A program made the translations under genes and the position numbers. Source: an uncultured Phycisphaerales bacterium (lineage in GTDB: Bacteria; Planctomycetota; Phycisphaerae; Tepidisphaerales; Tepidisphaeraceae). From it: DNA of 64,000 nt. The notes under the pieces were generated by a model, which did no database searches, was not told where the DNA came from, and worked only from the letters and a program-made list of their open reading frames with translations. The DNA lies in assembly GCA_963758525.1 (NCBI GenBank), contig CAVWVQ010000003.1, positions 3,040,001-3,104,000 of the forward strand. Direction: 5' to 3'. Shown here piece after piece: positions 22,411-34,181 of the stretch. Numbering within the stretch: position 1 is the stretch's first letter; each line of letters begins with the position of its first letter.

Positions 22411-23778
22411 TCAGATCATCTCCAGCACCAGCAGATTCCAATCCATAAAGCCTTTGTGACTCAACGCCGCTCCGGTGTCGGGGTGGTAGTACTCGTTCAA
22501 CGAGCCGTTTTTGGCCAGATCGGTGGAGAGGAGTCGCAGCGTCTTGTCCGCCAGATCGCTCGCCTCATCGTGGAAGCCAGAATCTCTCAGTCCCTTCCAA
22601 ACAAAATAATTCACGATGATCCAGACGGGGCCGAGCCAGTTACTGGGATTCGAGCTGAAATCAAGACAGTACATGGACTCTTTTGACGAAAGCGATCTGA
22701 CTCCCCAGTTGCCGCGAAGCCGATCATCCGCCAGATAATTGGTCTGCACCAGCGCCTTGGCCTGATCCGCCGTAGCCAGGCCGCACCAGAGCGGCAGGAA
22801 GCCGGTGAAGGTCTGCACCCGCAGGGGCAAACAGTGCCAGGACATATCCATGCCCGTCTTCAAGCCACGAATCAGTTCCTTGCGCCGATCCACGCATTGG
22901 ACGTCGACGGTGTAATAAAATTGATCGCGCGGATCCCAGCAACATTTCTGAATCTTCTCTGCCAGCGCGGCGGCCTGGGCGCCGAGGCGCTGCTGGTCAT
23001 CGGCGCGCTTGAGCCGGCGCGCCAATTCCGTCGCCGCTTTCAGGTCCTCATAAAAAAGGCAGTTCAGCAGCAGATTCGCGGAAGAAAAGAACGGTCGTCC
23101 AAATGTTGTCGGATCGTTGTCGTTTCCGATGGCGACATCGTTTCCCCACACCAGAAGTCCAACCGAACTTTGATTACCGGAAACCCACGAAGCATAAAAA
23201 CGCAGGAGCTTGTCGAAGTACGGAGCCAGCCAGTCCACGGAGCCGGTTTCAGTTGTGGACAGAAGTGCGAGTTGTCCAAAAACCGGCTTGGCTTGATTTT
23301 GCGATTTGTTCCTGTCCTTCTTCAGGGCTCCAAGGGGATCGGCGCTATGCACGTCGATCACCATGGGGATGCGGCCTTCATCCGACTGGTGATCGAAGAA
23401 ATTCCTGAAGCTGCCGATGGCATGCTCGCCCACCTTTTTGCGAAAAGTGGGATCATTTGAGATTGCGGCGAAGCGGAAGAGGCCGCGCGTGGTCCATAAG
23501 GTGTCCCAATCCCAAAGGTTGGTGGCATATGCCTTGCCCGGCAGGCTGCAGGCAATGCTCGGATGCACGAGGAGACCCTGGGCGGGCCGCAATAACTGCG
23601 GCGCAGTTTTGCCAAAGTAATGAAGCAGTTGGTCGGCCGCCTCCTTGCGGGCATCCGAGGACCACGAAGAATCTGAGATCGGCTGAGTGGCTGGTGCCGG
23701 AACCGAGTCGGCGCCTTCACTAACGAGAGATGAAGCACCAAGCAAAGCCGCTCCGGCGACAAATTCACGTCTCGACAT
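22411..23778 (-). CDS. Tat-exported (alpha/alpha)6 glycoside hydrolase (GH63/trehalase-like)
   Basis: SRREFV twin-arginine signal; LWDWD, GNDNDP, NWLGPVW, LNEYYHPDTG, GFMDWN. Confidence 0.82.
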   Translation of the reverse strand: MSRREFVAGAALLGASSLVSEGADSVPAPATQPISDSSWSSDARKEAADQLLHYFGKTAPQLLRPAQGLLVHPSIACSLPGKAYATNLWDWDTLWTTRGLFRFAAISNDPTFRKKVGEHAIGSFRNFFDHQSDEGRIPMVIDVHSADPLGALKKDRNKSQNQAKPVFGQLALLSTTETGSVDWLAPYFDKLLRFYASWVSGNQSSVGLLVWGNDVAIGNDNDPTTFGRPFFSSANLLLNCLFYEDLKAATELARRLKRADDQQRLGAQAAALAEKIQKCCWDPRDQFYYTVDVQCVDRRKELIRGLKTGMDMSWHCLPLRVQTFTGFLPLWCGLATADQAKALVQTNYLADDRLRGNWGVRSLSSKESMYCLDFSSNPSNWLGPVWIIVNYFVWKGLRDSGFHDEASDLADKTLRLLSTDLAKNGSLNEYYHPDTGAALSHKGFMDWNLLVLEMI

Positions 23779-23927
23779 TCTGGGTATAGGGGACAAAGTA
23801 ACCTCAATTCGCAGGATCGGGTCTCCCTCTCGTGCAACATAATGCCGCCTGCTCCGCGGCTCGGCGTCTGGCGCGACATACGCTACGCTTCGACTGCAAC
23901 TGCATCAGCCGCGAATCGTTCTCCTAT

Positions 23928-26624
23928 TCAGTGCCGGACCGAAAATTCGTACGCGCCAGAGCCTACTTCATAGACTGCGCACCCATTTTCCATGTGCACG
24001 AATTGAAGACCGGGCACGGCGCCGGTTGCCTTGCCACTTTCCGTGACTGACCCCGGTTCCACGGCCGGGACATAAATTCTCGCAGTTGTGTTGGGCGGAA
24101 TGGTTACGGCCATCGTCAGGCGATCGCCCGACCGCCTCCATTCACTGGAGATCATGCCTCGCGCGGATTCGTAGCGCGCCTTCGCCCATATGACGTCGCC
24201 AACGGGGGTGGGTCGGATGATAATCTTCTTGAAGGCGATGGAGGCCGGATCACAACGGATGCCGGCAAGGTCGCTGTAAAACCATTCCATGATGTGCCCA
24301 AGCATAAAGTGATCCTGAGACGCGCTCCCGTCCCATCCTTCAGTGAGCGCCGTGGCGCCAGTCTTAATGATGTATCCGTAGCCGGGGCGGTCGGAACGAT
24401 TGTTCAGGTCGAAGATGACATCGGAGCGGCCGCCGTCGGCCAGGGCCTTGAGGAGGTATCGATATCCGACGTCTCCAGCGGTCAGACGGTTGTCGTGTGC
24501 GCGGATCCCCTCCACAAGATTTTGGAGGATTGCGGCCCGATCTTCCTCTGGCGCCAAGCCCATGACCAGCGGAAGAGCGTTGGCCGTCTGGCTGCCCGTG
24601 GCGTAGCTGTGAGTATCGGGATGATAGAGGGACCGGTTGAACGCCTCGCGCACTTTGCCGGCAAGATTGTGATATGCCTCCGCCTCATCGGCCTTGCCCA
24701 GGAGCCTGGCCGTCTGCTCGAGAACCGTCAGGTCGCGGTAGTAAAACGCGGTGGCGGTGAGTGATGTCGGCGTCAACTGGGCATTCCCCGGGCGCTTCGG
24801 ACCCAGATCGAACCAATCGCCCAGCCCCTGGCTGACGAGATGCTCTTTGGCTGTGGAGCCGAGGTAGGCGACGTATCGCTGCATGGTCGGGTACTGCTCG
24901 CGGAGCACCTGGGCGTCGCCGTACCATTGGTAAAGCTGCCAGGGCAGAAGAACAGCGGCGCTGCCCCATTCGGGGGAATCGCGGAAGCCGCCGGAAAAGA
25001 CCACGTATTCCGGCGCGATGTCGGGAACCAGCCCGTTGTCGAGCTGGGCGTCGGCCATGTCCCGGCAGATTTTCGCCGTCAGCGCCGGGATTGAGAAGTT
25101 GTACATGAGCGACGGCCCGGCGAGGTGATCCTGCTCGAGCCAGCCGAGTCGCTCGCGGTGCGGGCAGTCAGTGAGAATACTCATCATGTTGCTGCGCATC
25201 GCCCAGCGGATCAGCGTGTTGGTGCGATTGAACAGCTCGTTGGAGCAAGTGAATTCACCGGCCTCTGGCGAGGTGCTGGAGATGAAATCGCCTTCGACCG
25301 CCTGCGGCTGCACCCCTTCACACTGGAGATAGCGGCAGCCGTAATAGCTGAACCGTGGCGACCACGACTGCGCCTCGCCGCTGCCCAGCGTGTACTGGAA
25401 ATACGCCGGCCCGCCCCCGGAGCTTCCCTGGCTGACCGTACCATCCTTCTTGAGCAACTCGCCGGGAGTGATCTTGACGATTTGCCCTGCGGAGCCGCTG
25501 ACCACGACGTGCGGGATAACGGCGCAATTCTGACCCAGATCGTACACCCAGACGCCCGGCCTCCGCTGCTTGATGAGCTGCCCCTTGAAGACCTGCATCA
25601 CCCGGATTGGCGGAGCCGAATGACTGGTTCCCAGGAGCGTTCCGCCCGGCCCGGTCGTTTCCACGGCCGGCTTCCAGTCGGTATCGTCAAAACCGGGCGC
25701 GTCCCAACCCGGCTGCTCGCGCCGTGCATCGAAGTCCTCACCGCCATAAATGCCGGAGAACGTGATCGGGCCAGGCGCCCACTTCCATGATCGATCGCTG
25801 ATGAGCCGATCGTGGCTGCCATCGGCGTAATCGATCTCGATCTGCGCAATCAGCCTGGGCGGTCCAAAGCTTCCCTTGAATTTCGTGTAGCGCGGCCCCC
25901 CGACGTTATACATCCCGTTGCCGAGCATCACGCCCAGAACGTTGCGGCCCTGTTTCAGTTGCGGCCCGATCTCGTAAGTAATGTAGAGGCAGGTCTTGCG
26001 GTAATTCGTCCAGCCCGGCTCCAGGAGGTCATCGCCGACCTTGTGCCCGTTGAGATGCAGTTCCTGCTGCCCCAATCCGCACAGATAAACCAGCGCACGA
26101 TTCACCGGCTTGTGAACCTCGAATGAGAGCCGGAAGATCGGCAACGCAGCGGCCTGTCCGGGCTTTGTGCTGCCTTGCTCCTGCGCACCGATCCACGTTG
26201 CCTTCCAGTCATCCGCCCCCAAAAGCCCCATCGTCCAGTGGCCGGCGTCGCTTAGGGATGACCGGCCGTCCTTGTCGAACACGCGCACCGTCCAATAGCA
26301 CGCCTGGCCGGAAACAAGCGCTTTACCCGCGTATTCGACTTGAGTCTCATCCGAAGCGACATTGCCGCTGTCCCAGAGGTCGGGCGGTTGGGCGGTGAGG
26401 CCCTCCCGGCTGCTGGCGACAAGAATTTGATAAGCGGTCTGGCGCTGACCGCGCGTCTCGCTGGCCAGCTCCCAACTGAGCCGCGGGCGAGGATTGTCGA
26501 TGCCCAGGGGCGCGTCCCGGAATTCGCATCGCGTTTGTGCAACGCTCAGCGCTGCTGAAGCTTGCGTCCGCGGCGAAAACGTCAGCAGCAATACAACGGC
26601 AAGCAGCTTGATTGGCATTTTCAT
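23928..26624 (-). CDS. Alpha-L-rhamnosidase (GH78)
   Basis: PLGIDNPRPRLSW, QTAYQILVAS, LWDSG, TDCPHRERLGW, LTEGW, DHFMLG; ATG overlaps the upstream TGA (ATGA). Confidence 0.93.
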   Translation of the reverse strand: MKMPIKLLAVVLLLTFSPRTQASAALSVAQTRCEFRDAPLGIDNPRPRLSWELASETRGQRQTAYQILVASSREGLTAQPPDLWDSGNVASDETQVEYAGKALVSGQACYWTVRVFDKDGRSSLSDAGHWTMGLLGADDWKATWIGAQEQGSTKPGQAAALPIFRLSFEVHKPVNRALVYLCGLGQQELHLNGHKVGDDLLEPGWTNYRKTCLYITYEIGPQLKQGRNVLGVMLGNGMYNVGGPRYTKFKGSFGPPRLIAQIEIDYADGSHDRLISDRSWKWAPGPITFSGIYGGEDFDARREQPGWDAPGFDDTDWKPAVETTGPGGTLLGTSHSAPPIRVMQVFKGQLIKQRRPGVWVYDLGQNCAVIPHVVVSGSAGQIVKITPGELLKKDGTVSQGSSGGGPAYFQYTLGSGEAQSWSPRFSYYGCRYLQCEGVQPQAVEGDFISSTSPEAGEFTCSNELFNRTNTLIRWAMRSNMMSILTDCPHRERLGWLEQDHLAGPSLMYNFSIPALTAKICRDMADAQLDNGLVPDIAPEYVVFSGGFRDSPEWGSAAVLLPWQLYQWYGDAQVLREQYPTMQRYVAYLGSTAKEHLVSQGLGDWFDLGPKRPGNAQLTPTSLTATAFYYRDLTVLEQTARLLGKADEAEAYHNLAGKVREAFNRSLYHPDTHSYATGSQTANALPLVMGLAPEEDRAAILQNLVEGIRAHDNRLTAGDVGYRYLLKALADGGRSDVIFDLNNRSDRPGYGYIIKTGATALTEGWDGSASQDHFMLGHIMEWFYSDLAGIRCDPASIAFKKIIIRPTPVGDVIWAKARYESARGMISSEWRRSGDRLTMAVTIPPNTTARIYVPAVEPGSVTESGKATGAVPGLQFVHMENGCAVYEVGSGAYEFSVRH

Positions 26625-29086
26625 GGAGGGCTTACCAGTAGCTCCCGTTGTTCGATCAGCTCGGCGCTGACCTGGTCGACCGAGGAAGTTGCCTTCGCTT
26701 TGGCCACCGCATCGAGAGCTTGCGGCGGCAGGCGGGAGCCCAGAGCTTCGGAATAAGGGAGGATTTTCAACCGGATCGCGGACCACTGTTCGGCGGGAAT
26801 GCGCCACAGAGCGATGGAAAATGGATCGCCGTTATAAAAATTATCGTCGCAGAGCTTGTCCGCGACATAGAGCCGTGCGGCATCGCCGATGTAGTGGATT
26901 CTCAGAATCTCCCGTCGCCCGGAGGAGGCGGGGAGATTCAATTGATAAACGGCAGCGGCGTTCCAAGTGGCGTCATCCATGCCCTTCAGAGCCGTCGCGG
27001 CCGGTCCTGCGGGTCGTTGCCGGCTGAGGGTGACCGCGCGCTTCTCGGGCTGGTCAAGTCCATCCAGCGCGAAGCGGGTGAAAAGGCCGTCGGCGTGGCC
27101 ATCAAGCTTGGCGTTGCCGACCTTGATGCTGGCAAGGGCTGGGAACAACGCGAGATCAGCATTTTTGGCGTCCATCGCTTGCAAGCGAAGCTGTTTGCCG
27201 TCCGGCATGATCGTCTGGTCAAAGAGCACGGCACGGTCACGCCCCGCAAACGGAAGGCGATAAAACTCCCTGGCCTGCTCCGCGGAGAGGATCACGAAAT
27301 TGACGGACCCGCCATTCGCGGCAGCAACGCTTACGGCACGGTTCAGGCCGGGCGCGATGTGCTGGATGACGATGTGCCCAGGCAGGTTTTCCTTTTGCCC
27401 GGAATCGACGGTAACGGTCGAGGGATCGGCCGCGAGTGAGATTTCCGCCGGAATGCCGTCGAGCGCGGCGAAGAAATACCAGACCGCGTTCCCGTCCTGT
27501 AAACGGCACAATGGCTGGGCCGTGGCGTAATCGAGCTTCACGCCGTCGCAATCGAGGTTTATGGGCCAGATGCCGTAACTGCCGTTGGCGATGGCAATCG
27601 GCTGGCTCGGCACGGTTTGGGTTCCTTCCGCGGTTTTGAGCGCGAATTGGACGGCGGGATGATCCGGCAGAGGGACGGTTGGCTGGCGGTTATTGAAGAA
27701 CAGGAACCCGCTTTGGCCGTCCCAGCGGATGCACCAGCGCAGTGTGTCGAAATCCTCCAAATCCTTTGGACGGGCGTCAGGATATACAGGGACCGCGCGG
27801 GCGAGGGCCGGGCCGAAATCATGGAGAAAAAGATGTTGCTCGCGAAGGAGGTGATACTGCTGGCGCACCTCGCCGCAGGCTCCCAGCGGCGCCTGAAAAT
27901 CATAATCCTTGAACGGCATCGCGTTGGGTTTCTGTTCATTGAGGCTGGAGAGCTTGGCGTCCGGATTGTTGCCGCCCTGAAACATGTAGTATCCCTGCAT
28001 GTTGCATCCCGAGCCAAGTTTGACCAGGGCCATGGCGGCGATGTCGTCGGGGATGATTTTGATCCTGCGGACGTAGCTGGACATCATCCCGCCGCCGATT
28101 TCGCAGCAGGCATAGGGGAATAAGGCAATGGTTTTCGAGCGGTCGACGCGCTTGGTCTGCATTTGAGCGCCCATCTCGCCGTCGCGGCTGTCGGAGAAGA
28201 CAAAACCCTTGCGATAATCTTCCAGCGTGCCGCCCCAGAAGCCGACGGAGTATGCGCCGAAGAGTGGGAGCAGATCCTGCCTGGGAATGTCCACGCCGTT
28301 CCAGCCGGTCATGGTGTAGAAGGGGACGTCCACGCCGTCCTCCTGCGCCATTTTTTTCAGGGCGAAGAGATAGCGCAGGCTGCCGCACTCGTTGTCCATC
28401 TGCACGCCGATGACCGGGCCGCCATCTTTCCAGAGGAGGCCTTTCATTTGCCCGGCGGTCTGCTGATAAAAGGGCGCGACGAGGCGCAAGAACGCAGGAT
28501 CGGCGGTCCGCAATTTGGTACCGGACTTTTGCACCCAATCGGGGAAGCCACCGTTGCGGGCTTCGCCGTGACACCACGGCCCCATGCGGACGATGGCGAG
28601 CAAGCCGACATCGTGGCAGAGTTTCAAAAAATCGCGGAGCGACTTCCGTCCGCTCCAGTCGAAGCGGCCTTGCTCCTCCTCCTGGTGAATCCAGAAGACA
28701 TAAGTGGAAACGACCGTGATGCCGCCCGCCTTCATTTTCAGCAGTTCGTCCCGCCACTCATCGGCGGGATAACGGGTGTGGTGAAACTCGCCGACGACGG
28801 GAATCAACCGCTGGCCGTCCAGAAGCAGCGACCGATTGTCGGCGGCCAGGATGTGTCCCTCCGGACTCTTGTTTGCGCCCTGGCCGAGATTAACCGGCGC
28901 AGCGGCGGGCACCTCCGACGGAAGCTCGATGGTCAACGGCTCGGCGTGCGCTGGCGCCTGCGTGAAGATGAGCAGTACGGCCAGAAGACAGGCGGCGGCT
29001 CTTGCGGAGAGATCGGTCGCCCGATATGTCCGCGACTCGGACTCGAGCAGTTCCGCGATATGTTCTTGCGATTTTGCTATTGTCAT
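26621..29086 (-). CDS. Beta-galactosidase (GH35)
   Basis: GEFHHTR, STYVFWIHQE, RMGPWCHGEARNGGFPDW, VIGVQMDNE, CEIGGG, YYMFQGG, YDFQAPLG. Start codon uncertain. Confidence 0.9.
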   Translation of the reverse strand: MTIAKSQEHIAELLESESRTYRATDLSARAAACLLAVLLIFTQAPAHAEPLTIELPSEVPAAAPVNLGQGANKSPEGHILAADNRSLLLDGQRLIPVVGEFHHTRYPADEWRDELLKMKAGGITVVSTYVFWIHQEEEQGRFDWSGRKSLRDFLKLCHDVGLLAIVRMGPWCHGEARNGGFPDWVQKSGTKLRTADPAFLRLVAPFYQQTAGQMKGLLWKDGGPVIGVQMDNECGSLRYLFALKKMAQEDGVDVPFYTMTGWNGVDIPRQDLLPLFGAYSVGFWGGTLEDYRKGFVFSDSRDGEMGAQMQTKRVDRSKTIALFPYACCEIGGGMMSSYVRRIKIIPDDIAAMALVKLGSGCNMQGYYMFQGGNNPDAKLSSLNEQKPNAMPFKDYDFQAPLGACGEVRQQYHLLREQHLFLHDFGPALARAVPVYPDARPKDLEDFDTLRWCIRWDGQSGFLFFNNRQPTVPLPDHPAVQFALKTAEGTQTVPSQPIAIANGSYGIWPINLDCDGVKLDYATAQPLCRLQDGNAVWYFFAALDGIPAEISLAADPSTVTVDSGQKENLPGHIVIQHIAPGLNRAVSVAAANGGSVNFVILSAEQAREFYRLPFAGRDRAVLFDQTIMPDGKQLRLQAMDAKNADLALFPALASIKVGNAKLDGHADGLFTRFALDGLDQPEKRAVTLSRQRPAGPAATALKGMDDATWNAAAVYQLNLPASSGRREILRIHYIGDAARLYVADKLCDDNFYNGDPFSIALWRIPAEQWSAIRLKILPYSEALGSRLPPQALDAVAKAKATSSVDQVSAELIEQRELLVSPP

Positions 29087-29200
29087 CCTGGCACCATTCG
29101 AACCTGCGGCGGCACAAAGCATTCGCTGATCTCCTGCTCCCTCACTCGTCCGGCAGTCGAGCCAGACCTCCTTTACCTGAGGAGGGTATAGGGGACGTTT

Positions 29201-29653
29201 TCACGGATAGACCGGGCGGGCGTCACTTCCATCCGGGCACTTGGGCCGCTCGATGGCTGCGGCCTTTGGATCCGATTCCGATATCCATTTCCCGTCGCCG
29301 GGCCTTTTGACCAAGCCAATGACGATCAAACCAAACGAATGTGGGGCTTCCAGTTGCCTCTTCGCTTCACCGCTGTATTTCTGGAGATATTGCACAAACT
29401 TCTGATTCCGGCCATCGCAGGTGAATACGACGGTGCGCACCGCCTGAGTGCCGTCATGATCGAAGGGAGGCACCTTTTTACTCTCATCGGAAAAGAGGGT
29501 CGCGCCGTCATCGGCGGTATAGAAACTCAACTGTTTTGGTATCGATGGTTCGGAAGTGCGCATGTAACTCCATAGCACGACGAGCGCGACCACGCTGAGC
29601 GATGCCAAGATCGAGACCCCCTGATGCCGGTTCAACCGTTCACGAAGTCCCAT
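29201..29653 (-). CDS. Small single-TM protein, prepilin partner copy 2
   Basis: FYTADDGATLF, VPPFDHDG, CDG, VKRPG, CPDG; starts 6 nt after the prepilin stop. Confidence 0.85.
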   Translation of the reverse strand: MGLRERLNRHQGVSILASLSVVALVVLWSYMRTSEPSIPKQLSFYTADDGATLFSDESKKVPPFDHDGTQAVRTVVFTCDGRNQKFVQYLQKYSGEAKRQLEAPHSFGLIVIGLVKRPGDGKWISESDPKAAAIERPKCPDGSDARPVYP

Positions 29654-29658
29654 GGCAA

Positions 29659-30738
29659 TCACCAATACCACATCTCAAAAAATTTCCAGGTTCCCTCGTG
29701 AATGACCGCCGGAAATCCCTTTGGCAGCGGAAGCGATTGCGGATAACCAATGACGGGCACAGATGCCGCCCAGGGAGGCGACGCCCCGCCGGGGTTATCC
29801 ATTCCGGGGTTCAAAAGCGTTACGCCGCTCAGGTCTATCCACTCGCCGTGACCGTCGCTGAACACTTCATTCACTCCGTCCGTCTTGGGATTGCCGTAGG
29901 TGCCGGGGGAGATATGTACGCCATGATTGGCGATAAAGCCGCTCTGGTAATGCCACGCCACCTTGTCCGCAAACAGGGGCATCGGCGGCGAATCGCTGAC
30001 GCGAACGGGCAATACATCACGAACGAAGGACGGCTGGTTATTCGTCTGGTGGGTCGGAGTCTGGAATACCGCGGAGAAGCCGAGGCCATTGCCGCAGTAG
30101 GCGTAGGACGATTCGATCAAATACGGCGAGCGAGTCTGAAGGTTGGCCGGGAAGGTGTAACCGGGGAATGACCCCCCGTACTGAGCGTTCGGCCAGTGCG
30201 ATACGACTGCCGGGCTTCCCAAGGTGGAGATGGACGATAACGCACTGGGGCATACCCACGTCGAGTCGATTGGGGTGCCGTTGGGCGCGCCGGCCGAATT
30301 CAGAACGTCGGCAAAACCAAATGCGGTATACATCTCATCGGTGACGAATTGGGGATTGAGGTGGGGTCCCACCGACAGATCCTCCACACACAACGGGAAA
30401 TGGCCCTTATATTGGTTGGCGTACATGATCGCCAACTGACCCAGCGAGCGAAGGTTGGCGGCACACGCCGTCCTTCTGGCCATTTCCCTGGCCTTGGACA
30501 GTGCTGGCAGCAAGAGGCCAATCAGCACCGCAATGATGGCAATAACGACCAGGAGTTCTACGAGAGTAAAACCGTGCCGGGGCGAGGCACCGAGGCGCAA
30601 AGGCGCCCGCCGCGGCGGGTAAACCGCGGCACGAATGAAGAAGCGTTCGCGTCGGCTCACTGCGGGCAATTCGACAAGCTTAATGGCTCGTGGGCTGAAT
30701 CGCCGCAAGGCCGAAACTCGGGTTCGAACATGGCACAT
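29659..30738 (-). CDS. Prepilin-type N-methylation protein (DUF1559/H-X9-DG type) with extended leader
   Basis: [52 protein letters not shown] upstream. Confidence 0.92.
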   Translation of the reverse strand: MCHVRTRVSALRRFSPRAIKLVELPAVSRRERFFIRAAVYPPRRAPLRLGASPRHGFTLVELLVVIAIIAVLIGLLLPALSKAREMARRTACAANLRSLGQLAIMYANQYKGHFPLCVEDLSVGPHLNPQFVTDEMYTAFGFADVLNSAGAPNGTPIDSTWVCPSALSSISTLGSPAVVSHWPNAQYGGSFPGYTFPANLQTRSPYLIESSYAYCGNGLGFSAVFQTPTHQTNNQPSFVRDVLPVRVSDSPPMPLFADKVAWHYQSGFIANHGVHISPGTYGNPKTDGVNEVFSDGHGEWIDLSGVTLLNPGMDNPGGASPPWAASVPVIGYPQSLPLPKGFPAVIHEGTWKFFEMWYW

Positions 30739-30835
30739 TTGTCAGACTCCTGCGTGCGGGCCGAATCGGATCTCATCCACATCCGGTCTCTTCCACCTGT
30801 TTCCGTCCGGGGACTGTGGCCGCACACTCACGGCC

Positions 30836-33620
30836 TCAATTGGCGGCTTTATTGTCGGCGACTGCTGATTCAAAGCTGAAATGGCCGGAGGTTGCCGAAA
30901 AGACGGCCGTTCCACCTTCACTTCGAAGCAGTTGGACCCCTTTTGCCGCGGTGGCGGCCATGCCACTCTCACGCACTGAACCACTGTCCGTCGTCGGAAT
31001 ATAAATCACAGCTGAGGTGTTGGCCGGAATCGTGACGTCGAGATTAAAACGCGAACCCTCGACGCTCCATGACGACTCGATCGGTCCACGCACCGAGTCA
31101 TAGCGGGCCGCTGCATGCTTCAATCCAGCCGGTGGAACCGGCTTGATCCGAATCTCCTCGTAACCGGGCTTCAGCGCCGAGATGCCGGCAACGCTGTCGT
31201 ACAGCCAGGCGAGTATGCCGGCGTACATGTCATGGTTGTGACTGCGGGTCTTTTCATACTTCCAGTCTTCGGCAATCGTGGTAGCGCCCTGATTGATCAT
31301 ATACGTATAACTCGGCGAGGATGTCTGCATGATCATGGTCTGTACAAGATCATTCTCTCCCGCCTCGCCAAGCGCCTGCCAGACCGCGGAGACTCCTATG
31401 TCGCCGGCCGTGATGTGGTCCGCCAATACCGGGCCAAACTCACCGGGGCGGCCGACGCTCGGCGAACCGTTTGCTCGTGGATGCACAATCCCAGCGACCA
31501 GGGCTTGGCGCACACCGGCGATCGAGTTTTCCGGAACAATGTCAAAATACAGGGGCAAAGCTTCATCGGCCTGGTTGATCGGCACATACGCTTGCGCCTC
31601 TACGTCGAAGTGCGCTTTCTGGTACGCGGCCCGCACGCGCTCAAAATCCTGGCGAAATCGTTTCGCGTCATCACTCTTGCCGAGCACCGCCGCGATTTCG
31701 GCCATCAACCGCGTATCGAAAACGTAGACAGCGCCCTCCACATTGGCCACCGAGTTGCCTGCCGGCGCCATCCAGTCGCCCAGTCCGTATTTGATCAATC
31801 CGTCGGATTCCTTGGTTTTAAGGTACGCCATGTACCTCTTCATCGTCTCATATTGGTCCGCAAGAATTTTTGCGTCGCCGTAGGCTTGGTAAAGCGCCCA
31901 AGGCGAGATGATTGCCGATGATCCCCAGCACGGCGCGTCATCGTATTTGTCGCCGGGGGGAGTATGAATGGTGTAGAACCATTGAGGCGCGATGTTAGGA
32001 CACAGCCCTCCGACTCGTTGCGCATCCCGGACGTCGCGCATGATCTTCGTAAACAGTGTCTGCTCGTCCCAGCAATAGAGAGAAGATGGGAGCGTGGTCC
32101 ACACCACCTCCTGCCAGCCAAGCCGTTCGTAATTCGGGCCATCCGTATGAATCGATCCGGTGTTGCTGAGGATGGTCTGCTTTGCAAGATCGTGAATCTG
32201 AACGTAGCGAGCGTCCGAGGCCTCAAATGTACTGACATCGCGGGCCGCGGTGCAGACAAAGAACGCGGTGACGTCGGTGACCACAGGGAGTGTTCCGCCC
32301 AGTTCTTTGGTCGTTGCATTTCGAAGCTCGACGTAGCGAAACCCTGTCGAATTGAACTGCAGTCCCCACGTTTCCGGGCCGCCGCCTTTCAAGGTGTATT
32401 CTGATTTTTCCGCCCGGCCGCCGTTCACGCGGCCTTTGGCGTTGAGACATTCGCCCGGCTGAATCTCCACCGTCGCGCCGGCGTCTCCATCGACGGTGAT
32501 CTGGAATTGCCCGCTCATGTTTTGCCCAAAATCGTATACACAAATGCCGGATGCGGGGTGAGTCACCTTCTGAGCGGCGAAAGTCTGCCGCGCCACGATT
32601 GGCGGAGCATTCTGCGACACAAGCACCCCCGGCGCCGGCTCGGCGACTGCCGCGTTGACCCATTTGGCATCATCAAAACCCGGCGATGTCCACCCCAACT
32701 GCTCGAGACGGGCGTCGTATTTCTCGGAACCGTGGATCTCCGAGTGAATCAACGGGCTTGCCGCGACCTTCCATGACGGGTCACTGACAATATCCTGGCT
32801 CGTGCCATCGTCAAAAATCGCGTGCAACTGGGCACGCAGTCGCATCGGGCCGAAGTTGCGCGTACCTAGACGATCAAGTTTGTCCCCCAGCCATCCGTTG
32901 GCGAGCATGACGCCGATGGCATTCGCGCCCTCGCGAACCTGACCCGTCACGTCGAAGGTCACATAATCAATCGTGCGATCGTAATCGGTCCACGCCGGGT
33001 CCATGACATGATTGCCGACCTTCGTGCCGTTAATGAATGATACAAACTGGCCCAGGCCGCTGATGTAAAGGAACGCCTGTTTGACGGGCTTTCTTACTTG
33101 AAACACTTTGCGAAAAATCGATGGAGGACTGGACGCGGTCAGGCTCGATTTCGCTGGGGGGGGTTTGATCCACATGATTCCCGCCGCCCAATCGTCCGCC
33201 GTGAAAAATGAGGTAACGAAACGCTTTGGTGAACTCGGTGGAGATGGCTGATCGTTGCCGTCCCAGATTCTCACTGTCCACCAATAGGAACTGGTTTTCG
33301 CCAGAGGGGTGCCCGCGTACTCGACGCCATACTCGCGTGACGAGGCGACCTTGCCGCTGTCCCACACAATTCCCTTGCCATCGGTCAAGCCGCTCTCGTT
33401 CGACGCCACAACAATCTCATAGGCTGATTGTTTCGCCCCGCGCCGGGTCGGTGCCAATCCACCCGAATCGCGGCTTTCGAGTGTCGATGCCAAGCTGTTC
33501 AAAGTTATCGATAACGCGCGTTTCGCCAGGCGGCGACGGCGCCGCGTTGCAGGGGAGTTTAATGAGACCGATTACCGCGCTAATGAAGAGACCAGCGGTT
33601 GCGATACGATTGCTCTGCAT
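30836..33620 (-). CDS. Alpha-L-rhamnosidase (GH78), frameshifted near 33440
   Basis: Signal MQSNRIAT...LGIDTRKPRFGW in one frame; KQSAYEIVVAS, VWDSGKV, TDGPNYERLGW, SHNHDMY in the 30836..33502 frame. Confidence 0.88.
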
Positions 33621-33631
33621 GGTTGGGGCAA

Positions 33632-34123
33632 TCAAGGAAACACCTGTTCCGGCGGCTTGGATGCCGAGGCGTCGGGACATTTCGCGTTCATGAGAGCCTT
33701 GGCGCCGGGGTCGCTCGGATGCACCCATTCAGTCGCGCCCGGTGCCTTCACGAGAAGGCCATCCATCGGACCTGGACCGCCGTCGGCGACAGGCGCCTTC
33801 CCCTCTACCTGCTGCTTGGCCAGATCGGTGTATTTTTCGACATACTGGACCCAACGATTTCGACCGCCGTCGCAGGAAAAGACATACGCGCGCACTGCCG
33901 GTTTTCCGTCGTGGTCGAAGGGCGGCACCAGAGTCATCGCATCTACGAACAGTGTTGCACCGTCATCGCAAGTATAGAACGACTGTGTCTGGACGTGCGG
34001 CAGTTCAGGACGCCCGCCTTGCATCAGAGTTCGTGATGATCCGTATATCGCAACCATAATGGCAATGACGACCACACCTCCGCAAAGATAGGGACGACTA
34101 TTCAATAGGCTGCGGACTTCCAT
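33632..34123 (-). CDS. Small single-TM protein, prepilin partner copy 3
   Basis: GGAGG RBS before MEVRSLL; FYTCDDGATLF, VPPFDHDG, CDGG, VKAPG, CPD. Confidence 0.85.
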   Translation of the reverse strand: MEVRSLLNSRPYLCGGVVVIAIMVAIYGSSRTLMQGGRPELPHVQTQSFYTCDDGATLFVDAMTLVPPFDHDGKPAVRAYVFSCDGGRNRWVQYVEKYTDLAKQQVEGKAPVADGGPGPMDGLLVKAPGATEWVHPSDPGAKALMNAKCPDASASKPPEQVFP

Positions 34124-34181
34124 TTGGCCTCCGGCAGAAACATACCGCGGGCAGGAACTCCTCGAACTCATCGGCAGGGAA

